Shown piece after piece: positions 17,796-27,331 of a stretch of 64,000 bases of DNA. The DNA comes from Candidatus Obscuribacteraceae bacterium. Lineage in GTDB: Bacteria; Cyanobacteriota; Vampirovibrionia; Obscuribacterales; Obscuribacteraceae. A program made the translations under genes and the position numbers. Each line of letters starts with the position of its first letter. Position 1 is the first letter of the stretch. The stretch is from NCBI GenBank assembly GCA_044226015.1, contig JBGAHS010000009.1, positions 288,001 to 352,000 of the forward strand, read 5' to 3'. The notes beneath the pieces are model-generated. The model was not told the DNA's origin. It searched no databases and was given only the letters and a program-made list of their open reading frames with translations.

Positions 17796-20393
17796 ATGAC
17801 CCTAATTTCCACTAAAACGTCAAAAGAAGAGCACGTTGCACCGAGCATTTACGCTCGGTCAATGTATCTTTTTGAACAGCAGAAGCAAGCTATAAGCGTA
17901 AGAACTGACCGCTTGTTTGCAGCGCTGTTTTTTATTCAGTGGGCAATTGCTATTGGGTGGTCACTTGTTGCTAATCCCCATAACTGGGACGGAACTAGCT
18001 CCAGGGTTTTCATGCACGTGTGGCAGTGCGTCGTACTGGGCGGCGTGATAATTAGTGTCCCTCTGTTTTTCATAAACAAGAAACCGGGCAGCGCCATTAC
18101 GAGGCAAATTGTTGCAGTTGCTCAGATGTTCTGGTCTGGTCTGCTTATTGCAGCTTCGGGCGGAAGAATCGAAACACATTTCCATATTTTTGGCTCTCTG
18201 GCTTTGCTTGCTTTTTATCGAGATTGGAGGCCGTTAGTCACTGCTTCAATCATAACCACGATTGATCATATGGTGAGAGGTGTCTATCTGCCTGATACTA
18301 TCTATGGTGTTAGCTATGCTGAACCATGGCGTTGGGTTGAACATAGTGGATGGGTATTTTTCTGCGATATATTTCTCATAGTTTCAATTAGATATGGGCT
18401 TCGCGACATGCAGTTAAACTGTCAGCGCCAAGCCGAACTAGAGGCTTCAAAAAACTCAGTTGAGCAAGAAGTCATCGCGCGAACTGCTGAGTTGAAGAAA
18501 TCAGAACAAAACTTGCGCGATAGTGAAGCCACATTGCGAGCTATTTTTGAAACAGCTGCCGATTCAATCATCACTATTTCTGAAAACGGCTCAATTGAAA
18601 CTGCTAACCAAACCTGTGAGCAAATGTTTGGCTATCAGTTTCATCAAATATTTGGCAAACACATTTCGTTTCTTATTAGCAAATTTGCTGAGGAAAATTG
18701 CGATCAAGATAGCTGGTCAAAGCTGCGTGATATGGGCAAGTTTCGCACTGAGGCTGTTAGAGTCGAAGGCATGGGCGTCTCGCGTGTTCGCGCTGAATTT
18801 CCAATTGAAATTTCACTGAGCTACGTTGATTTGAAAGGTCGTAAATTAATCACTGCGATAATAAGAGACATTTCTGAACGAAAAGAAGCAGAGAAACGAG
18901 TCTCAGAGTTCTATTCTATTGTTTCGCATGAACTACGCACACCTCTTACTTCCATACGTGGTTCTCTTGGATTGGTTGAAGGCGGACTCACCGGTGAGCT
19001 CACTCCTGAGACAAGCGAATTGGTCGGCATTGCAAGGGAAAGTTGCGATCGACTGATTAGACTTATAAACGACATTCTCGATTTAAAAAAACTCGAGACA
19101 GGAAAATTTGATTTTCATATTGCGGAGATTGACCCTGCGAAGCTGATTCAATCCACAGTCTCATACACGCAGGGAATGGCGAAAGAAAGGAATGTTCGCC
19201 TGGAAGTAGGCTGGATTACGCAACAGCAAGTATCAGCCGATATTGACCGGCTAAATCAGGTTTTGGTTAATCTGGTATCTAACGCAATCAAATTCTCACC
19301 TAAGCATGGAGTGGTCGAGTTAGCTGCTACCACTAGCGATGGCATGGTCAAATTTTCTGTCAGAGACCACGGTAAAGGAATTGCGAAAGACCAGCAACAC
19401 AAGCTGTTCGCCAAGTTTCAACAACTTGACTCTTCTGACCAGCGTCAGCAAGAAGGCACAGGGTTAGGACTGGCAATCTGTAAAGCCATCGTTGAACAAC
19501 ATGCTGGTCTTATCGGGCTAGAATCTGTCGCGGGTGAGGGCGCCACTTTCTGGTTCAAGATTCCGATTGCGGGTAGGGAAAATTTTGCTGCGTCATCAGA
19601 AGAAGCTGGAGTTAGCTATGTGATAGTTATTGAAGATGAAGTCAGCACTGGTGATAAGTTAAGCGATATACTAGGCTCTCACTTGCTATCTGGGCGTTGC
19701 GAAGTCTCTCATGCAATAAGCAGCAGGGAAGCTGCTTACATGATTGCTAAGCAAATTCCAGACCTGGTAATTTTCAACATCTCTGAGCCTGATGAGTCTG
19801 ATTTTGAGCTGCAAGAGCATTTGCGTACCTTGAACTCTGCACATGGTCGCCCTGTGGTTTTGCTTTCTGCACCGGAAAAAGGTTCACCCCCACTCGTTCT
19901 AGATTGGCATACATCGCCGGTTAAGGAAGAACATATTCTCAAGAATGTCAAACGTGCTCTTGAGTCCGGCTCATGCCCTGTCGTACTGGTAGTAGAAGAT
20001 GATTACAGCACCAGAAAAACTGTAGTTCACCAACTTGAATCTCACGGAGTGAAGTGCCTTGAGGCTGCCGATGGAGAGGTTGCTTTGAAGATGGTTGAAA
20101 CGGAATCTCCTCAGTTGATTGTGCTTGACGTGGGTTTGCCCGACATGGATGGATTTCAGTTTGTTCAGCATCTCAAAGAGGGTCACTCAAGCTTGACTCC
20201 ATTATTGATTTACACGGGAAGAGACTTATCCGCTGATGAACGAAAGAAACTCACGATAGGCTTTACTCGCTATTTGACTAAGTCGAAAGCTAGTCAGGAA
20301 GACCTTCTTAGTGCTGTTGATGAACTCCTGCAGCAGATGCAGTCGCGGCTTAAAACAGGGGCAGTTGCCTCAATTTCAGAGCAAAACAAGTAA
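17796..20393 (+). CDS. Membrane-bound hybrid sensor histidine kinase (multi-TM, PAS, HisKA, HATPase, two receiver domains)
   Basis: H-box VSHELRTPLTSI, N-box NLVSNAIKF, G-boxes DHGKGI and GTGLGLAI, PAS (AIFETAADSIITI). The last REC has LIVLDVGLPDMDG; the first REC has FNISEP and lacks the phospho-Asp. ATG 17796 is preferred over TTG 17772. Confidence 0.92.
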   Translation: MTLISTKTSKEEHVAPSIYARSMYLFEQQKQAISVRTDRLFAALFFIQWAIAIGWSLVANPHNWDGTSSRVFMHVWQCVVLGGVIISVPLFFINKKPGSAITRQIVAVAQMFWSGLLIAASGGRIETHFHIFGSLALLAFYRDWRPLVTASIITTIDHMVRGVYLPDTIYGVSYAEPWRWVEHSGWVFFCDIFLIVSIRYGLRDMQLNCQRQAELEASKNSVEQEVIARTAELKKSEQNLRDSEATLRAIFETAADSIITISENGSIETANQTCEQMFGYQFHQIFGKHISFLISKFAEENCDQDSWSKLRDMGKFRTEAVRVEGMGVSRVRAEFPIEISLSYVDLKGRKLITAIIRDISERKEAEKRVSEFYSIVSHELRTPLTSIRGSLGLVEGGLTGELTPETSELVGIARESCDRLIRLINDILDLKKLETGKFDFHIAEIDPAKLIQSTVSYTQGMAKERNVRLEVGWITQQQVSADIDRLNQVLVNLVSNAIKFSPKHGVVELAATTSDGMVKFSVRDHGKGIAKDQQHKLFAKFQQLDSSDQRQQEGTGLGLAICKAIVEQHAGLIGLESVAGEGATFWFKIPIAGRENFAASSEEAGVSYVIVIEDEVSTGDKLSDILGSHLLSGRCEVSHAISSREAAYMIAKQIPDLVIFNISEPDESDFELQEHLRTLNSAHGRPVVLLSAPEKGSPPLVLDWHTSPVKEEHILKNVKRALESGSCPVVLVVEDDYSTRKTVVHQLESHGVKCLEAADGEVALKMVETESPQLIVLDVGLPDMDGFQFVQHLKEGHSSLTPLLIYTGRDLSADERKKLTIGFTRYLTKSKASQEDLLSAVDELLQQMQSRLKTGAVASISEQNK

Positions 20394-20500
20394 AGATGAT
20401 CAAAGGATGAGAGATTCCAAGAACAGAGTGGGTGACAGGCGTGTCAAAATGCCAACAGTGTTAAATAGTGAATTCGGGCAATTTTTGAAGTATTGAGAGT

Positions 20501-20887
20501 ATGACAATAGAAAGAGTACTTCTTGTTGATGATGACCCGCGAATCAGGAAGATCGCGCAAATTAGTCTTGAAGGCGTCGGGAAATGGAAAGTGACCCTGG
20601 TTTCGTCTGGGTTTGAGGCAATCGATGCTGCTGTGAAAGAACATCCTGATGTGATATTGCTTGATGTAATGATGCCTGAAATGGATGGACCAACAACACT
20701 TGCCAAAATCAGGGAAATTTCGGAGATCGCTTCGATTCCTGTTATTTTCTTTACCGCAAAAGTACAGAAGCAAGAACTTGATTCCTATCTCGCATTGGGA
20801 GCAGCTGGAATTATAAGTAAGCCCTTCGACCCTATGAAGTTGCCCAGTGAAATTCAGGAAATTGTAAATAACAATCGGGCAGAATAA
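20501..20887 (+). CDS. Single-domain response regulator (CheY-like)
   Basis: VLLVDDD, PDVILLDVMMPEMDG, FFTAK and IISKPF motifs. Confidence 0.95.
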   Translation: MTIERVLLVDDDPRIRKIAQISLEGVGKWKVTLVSSGFEAIDAAVKEHPDVILLDVMMPEMDGPTTLAKIREISEIASIPVIFFTAKVQKQELDSYLALGAAGIISKPFDPMKLPSEIQEIVNNNRAE

Positions 20888-21140
20888 AGCTTGATTCTTT
20901 CATGCTTGGCTTTGCACCATATCTGATACCACTGCTTAACTTGTTCTTGTCCTGCAAGAATTCCTTTTGCTTGAACGCTGGTGAAGTGCGTGCCACCTCA
21001 GTGCTGCTGTTTCGCTTGGTTCTGTAGCGATTTTGCGCTCAGGGTGCATTTTCTGCACGCTTCTTTCGCTCAGTCAGCTCCATCGCTTTCGTCGAGAAGC
21101 GCTTCTAGACCTGGTTTCCTGAACTGGAATGTATTTAAAA

Positions 21141-21175
21141 GAAAACACCCCGGAAGAAACTTCCGGGGTGTTTTC
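21141..21175. terminator. Intrinsic terminator, probably bidirectional
   Basis: Perfect 16-bp stem GAAAACACCCCGGAAG-AAA-CTTCCGGGGTGTTTTC between convergent genes. The T-tract is longer on the minus strand. Confidence 0.8.
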
Positions 21176-21445
21176 GGGCTGGCTATCAGGGTTCGGTGTC
21201 GGCTTATCGCTGACAAATATAGATTACGAAATTGCTGCGAAGCTTCATATGGATAAAAATGTGATTCCTACTGTGGAATTGTGCAGTGTCCTGTAAGAGG
21301 CTTGCCCAGCGCGTCTTCGCTAGCAACCTTGTGATATTGCGAGTCTGATTTCATCGTTTCTCTGCTAGTACAGGTTGTGGATTTTGCAATTTTCAAAAAC
21401 TACACTGCACAAACTCTGGGTAAGCGTCTGCACAAATGTGCAGTG

Positions 21446-22966
21446 TCACGAATCGGAGAATACAACGTCTTGGCGGCGCACATCTCTTGCCGCCTCCGCC
21501 AGGCGCTTGATTCCCACTTCGAGGGTTTCGTCCTTCAGACCGGCGTAATTCAGTAAAAACTCGTGCGGGGGTGCATCCTGGAGATAAAACTGTGAAGCCT
21601 TCACAAGCCCCACTCCAAGCTCTCTTGCGCGTTTCAAGAATTCATCGTCGTTAAATCGTTGATGCAAGCGAATAAGCATATTGATACCCGCGTTCTCGCC
21701 TTTTATTTCAACGCTTTCTCCGAACTCACGTTTTAGAGCTGCAATCACAAGTTCTCTTCTATGCTCGTAAAGGGTTCGCATCCTTCTTATATGTCGTTCT
21801 AAATGGCCGGCTTTTATGAACTCGGCAAGAGTCTCTTGATAGAGAAGTGGAGAGTGACGATCTGCAAGGAATTTAGCTCGACTGAACACATCAATTAAGC
21901 TAGTTGGAACAACCAGGTAGCCCAGTCTCAAAGCAGGTAGAAGAATCTTTGAGAACGTACCTATATAGATGACAGATTCTGAATGGTCCAAGCCCGCAAG
22001 ACTTGGTACCGGTCTTCCAGAATATCGATATTCGCTGTCGTAATCATCTTCGATAATGAAAGTGCCCGTCCGCTGTGCCCAATTCAGAAGCTCTAGCCTT
22101 CGGGGAAGGGACATAACAACTCCAGTCGGAAACTGGTGAGAGGGAGTCAGGTATATTAACTTCATATTTGCAAGAGCGGGGTCTTGCAGTTGGTCTAAGA
22201 CAATGCCTGATTCATCTACAGGAAAGCCGTGTAATTGAGCGCCCGCAACTTCAAATGCTTTCTTTGCCCCAATATATCCAGGGCTTTCTATTCCAACAGT
22301 GTCGCCCCGGTCGACCATTACGCGCGTTACCAGGTCGATTCCCTGCTGTGAGCCGTTTACGATGATAATCTGCTCTGGGCTGCAGGAAACTGCCCGAGAC
22401 TTGGAAAGGTGACCAGCAATTGCCTGTCTCAAGGGGAGATAACCTTGTGATTTACTGGGGCAGTCCAATAAGTGGAATTCTTGCTTTTTTACTACTTGAG
22501 CCACGATTTGCATCCATGCTCGCCAGGGAAATTCGTCCATATCAGGGCGTCCAAATGAGAATTGAATTTCGGGTTCGTCTTCTCCATAGGCGAACCATGG
22601 CTTGTCCCTTAAATAGTTTCCATATTTCGATAGGCGCTTTTGTGACTTCTTTGGCAGGGCGTTTTCAAGAGTCGCTCGGCGCTTGCCGTCTTTGATGTCG
22701 GTTCTCATCATGGCTTCTGGAAGCTGGCGGCAGACATAGGTTCCGGAGCCTGTAGCGGACTGGAGATATCCCTCAGACAAGAGGAATTCATAAGCCAATG
22801 TTACGGTAGCTCTTGAGATGCCAAGTGACTCTGCTAGTGCACGAGTGGATGGTACTCTCTGCCCTCTTGCCAGGCGCCCGGAAAGTATGGCCCGTCTGAT
22901 TTCTTCGTACAATTGGCGATGCAAAGGAACATGAGATTGGCTATCTAAAACTACTAATAAATCCAA
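21446..22966 (-). CDS. GntR/MocR-family (PdxR-like) transcription regulator with PLP-dependent aminotransferase-like domain
   Basis: GntR wHTH (PLHRQLYEEIRRAILSGRL..RVPSTRALAESLGISRATV), TPSHQFPTG, IEDDYDSEYRY, GTFSK. Probable start is TTG 22966 with GGAGTAAGG upstream; the track start at 23083 overlaps the divergent gene. Confidence 0.92.
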   Translation of the reverse strand: MDLLVVLDSQSHVPLHRQLYEEIRRAILSGRLARGQRVPSTRALAESLGISRATVTLAYEFLLSEGYLQSATGSGTYVCRQLPEAMMRTDIKDGKRRATLENALPKKSQKRLSKYGNYLRDKPWFAYGEDEPEIQFSFGRPDMDEFPWRAWMQIVAQVVKKQEFHLLDCPSKSQGYLPLRQAIAGHLSKSRAVSCSPEQIIIVNGSQQGIDLVTRVMVDRGDTVGIESPGYIGAKKAFEVAGAQLHGFPVDESGIVLDQLQDPALANMKLIYLTPSHQFPTGVVMSLPRRLELLNWAQRTGTFIIEDDYDSEYRYSGRPVPSLAGLDHSESVIYIGTFSKILLPALRLGYLVVPTSLIDVFSRAKFLADRHSPLLYQETLAEFIKAGHLERHIRRMRTLYEHRRELVIAALKREFGESVEIKGENAGINMLIRLHQRFNDDEFLKRARELGVGLVKASQFYLQDAPPHEFLLNYAGLKDETLEVGIKRLAEAARDVRRQDVVFSDS

Positions 22967-22978
22967 TTTCCTTACTCC

Positions 22979-23029
22979 AAAGTGGACTGGTATTAAAACA
23001 GTAAAGTGGCTCTTTTGCAATACCAATTT
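22979..23029 (+). promoter_or_regulatory. Putative MocR-type operator (two direct repeats plus one inverted copy)
   Basis: AAAGTGGACTG (22979-22989), AAAGTGGCTCT (23003-23013) and inverted TACCAATTT (23021-23029), in the divergent intergenic region next to the MocR gene. Confidence 0.6.
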
Positions 23030-23064
23030 AATTGATACATTAACGATGTCTGGAGGACAAACAA

Positions 23065-23397
23065 ATGTATTCGCTAAATTCAATCAAGAAATTCTGTGTG
23101 ACGGGGATGGCATCTTTGATGTTGATCTCGCTGGCTGCACCGAGCGCGAATGCAGTGGTAGATTCGAATATTTACTCGCAATACCAGGCAGTAAGATCTA
23201 GACTGGTTCTTAAAGAAAACAGCCTGCTCAAAGATTACGATGATGTGCAAAGACAAATCGATCTCTTGAACAGACAAAATACAGACCGGTCGCTATCACC
23301 TACGATTGATAATCTAAGTCGTACGCTCGATGCAACCTATTCTGACATCAAAAAAGTCCGTCAGGATATTAAGTCGCTAGACCTCAAAATGCTTTAA
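23065..23397 (+). CDS. Small secreted alpha-helical hypothetical protein
   Basis: GGAGG RBS, signal peptide ending APSANA, coiled-coil-like mature part, followed by a terminator. Confidence 0.8.
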   Translation: MYSLNSIKKFCVTGMASLMLISLAAPSANAVVDSNIYSQYQAVRSRLVLKENSLLKDYDDVQRQIDLLNRQNTDRSLSPTIDNLSRTLDATYSDIKKVRQDIKSLDLKML

Positions 23398-23416
23398 TTC
23401 CCTGCATACAGCATCT

Positions 23417-23446
23417 AAACGGACTCCGAAAGGAGTCCGTTTTTTT
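23417..23446 (+). terminator. Intrinsic terminator
   Basis: AAACGGACTCC-GAAA-GGAGTCCGTTT followed by a T run. Confidence 0.85.
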
Positions 23447-24367
23447 CTATTTTTCAGGAAACTGAACAGCATCTTTCTTGCTAGCAGCCCATGTATCGAC
23501 GTTGTGGATTCGCTGTTCTGCGCTGGCATCGTCCTGTGCTTGCATTACTGGTGGTGGCAAAGGATTTTGAGGTAAGGGCAGACTTGGTACTGATGTCAAT
23601 TCGACATCAGTGTGCGGCTTTCCCGACGGGATCATCCTCGAGATATCCTTCACTGCTAAGGGAGAATGATCATTCTGGTTTCTCATTAAGCAATAAAGTT
23701 TGCCTGTTGCCATAGCGTTGATGAGTTTACCCGCATCTCTGGGACTTACTGAAACTGTGACGCAGCTGCTTGGCTGGGCATCTTCTACCCCAGCTTGTTT
23801 TTTGTAAGTTTGACCAACTGCAACTACCTGAACATCCGAAAGAATGGGAATTGCCGCTGATTCGGCGCCCGAACCTGTTTGCGAAAGAATGTCTACATAA
23901 GAGTCTGGATTGATGAAGCCAGCCACACCGGTGCTAGAGTCAACCGGGAACGTAATAGCCCTGTACCCTGGGCGAATTTTTGCTTCAAATCCTTTGGCTT
24001 GTTCTTGAACTTTCACTGATTGGGAAAGAATACACTCACCTGCACTGATTGGGACTCTGGCCTTCAAGCCGATTGCTCCACCCTCAGTGCTCAAGCTGTT
24101 AATTGGCACCTTGCTGCTCTCGATCGACTTCAGTTCCACTGCATCAGCGGTAATGAGTGCATTCTCAGCAATGTCTCGAGACGCTACCAGAACAGAAGCC
24201 ATCTCCTTCTTGCTCAGCCGGACCTTCTCTTGACGAAGCTTTGCCTCTTTGTTGTTTAATTCTGTTTGGACTAGAAAGCTCGCTCCAAGAGCTAAAGCAA
24301 GAACCACCAGCAGCATTAGCTTCGGAGGTATTCTGGCTGCAAGCAAGTACAGATTTGGTCCACCCAT
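23447..24367 (-). CDS. cpaB: Flp/Tad pilus assembly protein CpaB (RcpC)
   Basis: N-terminal TM, SAF domain (VLVASRDI...ITADAV), and RcpC motifs PGYRAITFPVD..GVAGFINPDSYVDIL and ILSDVQVVAVGQ. Confidence 0.88.
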   Translation of the reverse strand: MGGPNLYLLAARIPPKLMLLVVLALALGASFLVQTELNNKEAKLRQEKVRLSKKEMASVLVASRDIAENALITADAVELKSIESSKVPINSLSTEGGAIGLKARVPISAGECILSQSVKVQEQAKGFEAKIRPGYRAITFPVDSSTGVAGFINPDSYVDILSQTGSGAESAAIPILSDVQVVAVGQTYKKQAGVEDAQPSSCVTVSVSPRDAGKLINAMATGKLYCLMRNQNDHSPLAVKDISRMIPSGKPHTDVELTSVPSLPLPQNPLPPPVMQAQDDASAEQRIHNVDTWAASKKDAVQFPEK

Positions 24368-24758
24368 GCCTCTTCCCTCAATATTCGTGCACCATTCTAT
24401 TTAGGCAGTCTTTCTTGACTGTCCACATAGATTAATCCCCCGGAACACTTCAGGGAAAACCCTAGAATTCTCAGGGCTGAAAAAATGGCACCACTGCTGG
24501 TGGCTTAGTAGTGTCTGTGGTGTTGTGATATTGGGGGTTGCGCCGATACGCACCCCTTCCTTTGTCAGTAAAGTATTCTATGATTCAAAACACTCGGCGA
24601 GCTGACTAATAGAGTCAAAGCTGCGAAATTTGCTTCCCGAACAGATAAGTTTCCCGCAGCAGTGCGATTTGCAGACGGTTTGTCGTGGTACGAATAATTT
24701 ATGGCATTTATATTAGGGCGAGAGGCAGAAGCTTCTCAATGGCGTTGGGAATCGGTTA

Positions 24759-27308
24759 ATGGCTGATACGGGAAATCAGAACAAACCTAATCTGAACAAA
24801 CCTCCAGCAAATCCAGTTAAGTCTGGTTCTGGAGGACTTCTTAATTCCTTGCTTCCCAGATTGCTGGTCTTATGGTTAATCGTTTTTGTTGTCTCTTACT
24901 TTGTTGCTTTGAAGGTGTTTGAGACCATTCAGCAAGAAGTCTTTGCTAGTAACTCTAGGGCAGTACTAGCCGCGCTGAACAACAAAAAACTAGATAGTGC
25001 TTCCCTCACCGATGTACGCGTTTCACAGGGGTTAGTCTGGGCCTACAGTACAGACAGCTCTGGCAAAATCGAACTGGGTTCATCATCTATGCCTTCTGGA
25101 TTGAAGCCTGGCAACGACAGCCGAGCTGTTGCAATTCAGGGTAACAACTTCTTTGAACAGGTTGTTTCTTTCGACAAAGAACACCAATTGCATCTCGGTT
25201 ACACTGTACCAGTGATGCTCTCCACGAACCTTCAGGCATCAGATCTTGCTCGCTCGATTCCTCTCGGCTTCAGTGCACTCTGGCTGTCTTTGGCTGGCGT
25301 GTTTACCTCTCTAGTTTTATTCCGCTGGATTTCTGTTCCAGCAGGAAGATTCGCCTCTCTGTCCGAGCGCATCTTGAGTATGTCTGGTGATGAACGCGAT
25401 GCATTGTTCTCCCAAAACAAGAGCATTTCAGAGATTCAGAACTTCATCTCTGCGTTGAATCTTGTTTGTTTGAAACTTGATGAGGAGAAAGCTGAAAGAC
25501 TCAGCCGTGAGCATGAGTTGAAAAAGCAGAAGATAGTACTGCAACAAGTTAACGAGCGTCTGCAACAAGATCTGCAGGAGCAGCAATTCCAATCACACAA
25601 GAGTATTTCGGAGCTGAGCTTTAAAGAGTCAGAAGAAGCTTTGCTCAAGTTGATCGACAGTGAAATTAGTAGCTGCAAAAATGTTTCTCAAATCTGTCAA
25701 AAGGCATTAGATAGACTTGCTGATAAATATCCTACGAGCATCAAATATGCATGCTTCTTTTTGCCTAGCGGTGACAGGGTCAAGCTTGAGGGTCATATTG
25801 GGCTGGACGACAATTCTCTGCAAGTTCTTCGCGGCATCAGTCATGATGATCTTGCTGCGGATCTTTTTCACAAAGGTGCCTCCGCTCTGTTATCTGAGGG
25901 AGACCTTGCACGTTACGACATGGGCGAACTTTCGTCTCGTCTGGGTTGGAAGTCGGCGATCTATGTGCCCATTGGTTTTGCGGATCGCTCACTTGCACTT
26001 CTTGCAGTGTTTTTCGATGAGCAAACTAAATCGTCAGCAAAAGATCGTCATAGATTGTTGAAGAACATTTCAGATCTGTTGGCTAGAACAATGCACAAAG
26101 TCGTTCTCCTTGCAGAAGAACTTGCGTCTGCAAGAACAGATGCTTTAACCGGTCTGTACAACAAGAAGTTCTTCCAGGAGTTTATGCCACAACTTCTTGT
26201 AAGAGCGAAGAACCACCATCCTGTTTCTATTTTGATGGTTGACGGAGATCATTTCAAAGACATCAACGACACCTACGGGCATCAGGTCGGTGACAAGATG
26301 CTAGTCGAATTTTCGAACCTTATGAAAGCTAACACGCGTCATGGCGAAGAAAAGAAAACAGGACGATTCAAAGACTACGTAATTCGTTGGGGTGGAGAAG
26401 AGTTTTTGCTTGTTCTCGATAACACCGATAAAGATACTGCATCTATGATCGCAGAAAGACTGCGCCGGAAAGTAGCGGAAAAAACTGATTGGCCGGGTGG
26501 TATTGCGAAGTGGACAATCTCGGTAGGATATGTAACCTTCCCGGGAGATGGAGATGATCTCGATGAGTTGATCAAGAAAGCGGACACCGCACTTTATTAC
26601 TGTAAACGAGAGCTTGGCCGAAATAAGATTGTTCATTATGCCGACATACCAAAGTCATTTAAGAGCAAAGGTTTTTCCAACTTGGAAGGAGAGCTTGGTG
26701 TATTCGATACACCTGCACTTTTGCAGTCGTTAGCTACGGCTCAAAAAACAGGAGTGCTTACAGTCTCAGCTCCTGATGGCAGAAACTTCTGGTTGCTTGT
26801 TGAGCTTGGACGACCCGTTCAGGCAAGGTTGGGTCGGCTTGGAGGCAGTTCAGCTGTCATCGAATTTATTTCAAATTTTGACGAAGGGAAATTCAATTTC
26901 TTAGAACGAACCGAAGCCAAAGCACGCAAAATACTTGATGATTCCTACGACGTGGACAGAGGGCTTGAGCGTTGTTTGATGGCGGGAGCTTTAGCTTCAG
27001 ACAATCTAGCCTGGGGCAGAGGCGTCTTAGCGGAGGCCGATGTGCCACTAAAGCTGGTGGACACAGAAGAACTCTCTCGTCGTTTGAAACAAATGGAAGA
27101 AGCTAGCGATATTGTAAGCCCTGAAGATATGAGCCTGGTGAGCATTGTTATAGGCAATCTAGAATTTGGCAGTACCAGTCTAAATGAGTTGGTAGATAGA
27201 ATCGGTTGCTACCCGACTGCAGATGTATGGCGCACTGTGGCTCTAATGTTGCAATATCAACTGATAAAAACGGTTAGCCAGTTCAATCTGGAAAAGATGA
27301 CGCTTTAG
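24759..27308 (+). CDS. Membrane diguanylate cyclase (TM/periplasmic, coiled coil, GAF, GGDEF, C-terminal DUF4388-like domain)
   Basis: ARTDALTGLYN, DGDHFKDINDTYGHQVGD, and an RFKD I-site followed by RWGGEEF. The C-terminal LEGELGVFDTPALLQSLATAQKTGVLTV resembles DUF4388/PATAN. Confidence 0.92.
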   Translation: MADTGNQNKPNLNKPPANPVKSGSGGLLNSLLPRLLVLWLIVFVVSYFVALKVFETIQQEVFASNSRAVLAALNNKKLDSASLTDVRVSQGLVWAYSTDSSGKIELGSSSMPSGLKPGNDSRAVAIQGNNFFEQVVSFDKEHQLHLGYTVPVMLSTNLQASDLARSIPLGFSALWLSLAGVFTSLVLFRWISVPAGRFASLSERILSMSGDERDALFSQNKSISEIQNFISALNLVCLKLDEEKAERLSREHELKKQKIVLQQVNERLQQDLQEQQFQSHKSISELSFKESEEALLKLIDSEISSCKNVSQICQKALDRLADKYPTSIKYACFFLPSGDRVKLEGHIGLDDNSLQVLRGISHDDLAADLFHKGASALLSEGDLARYDMGELSSRLGWKSAIYVPIGFADRSLALLAVFFDEQTKSSAKDRHRLLKNISDLLARTMHKVVLLAEELASARTDALTGLYNKKFFQEFMPQLLVRAKNHHPVSILMVDGDHFKDINDTYGHQVGDKMLVEFSNLMKANTRHGEEKKTGRFKDYVIRWGGEEFLLVLDNTDKDTASMIAERLRRKVAEKTDWPGGIAKWTISVGYVTFPGDGDDLDELIKKADTALYYCKRELGRNKIVHYADIPKSFKSKGFSNLEGELGVFDTPALLQSLATAQKTGVLTVSAPDGRNFWLLVELGRPVQARLGRLGGSSAVIEFISNFDEGKFNFLERTEAKARKILDDSYDVDRGLERCLMAGALASDNLAWGRGVLAEADVPLKLVDTEELSRRLKQMEEASDIVSPEDMSLVSIVIGNLEFGSTSLNELVDRIGCYPTADVWRTVALMLQYQLIKTVSQFNLEKMTL

Positions 27309-27331
27309 CGCGAACATAATGCAAGGACAGT

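Noticed and set aside
22967..23083. N-terminal extension of the MocR ORF
   Set aside because: It overlaps the operator and the divergent gene start; a good RBS precedes TTG 22966.
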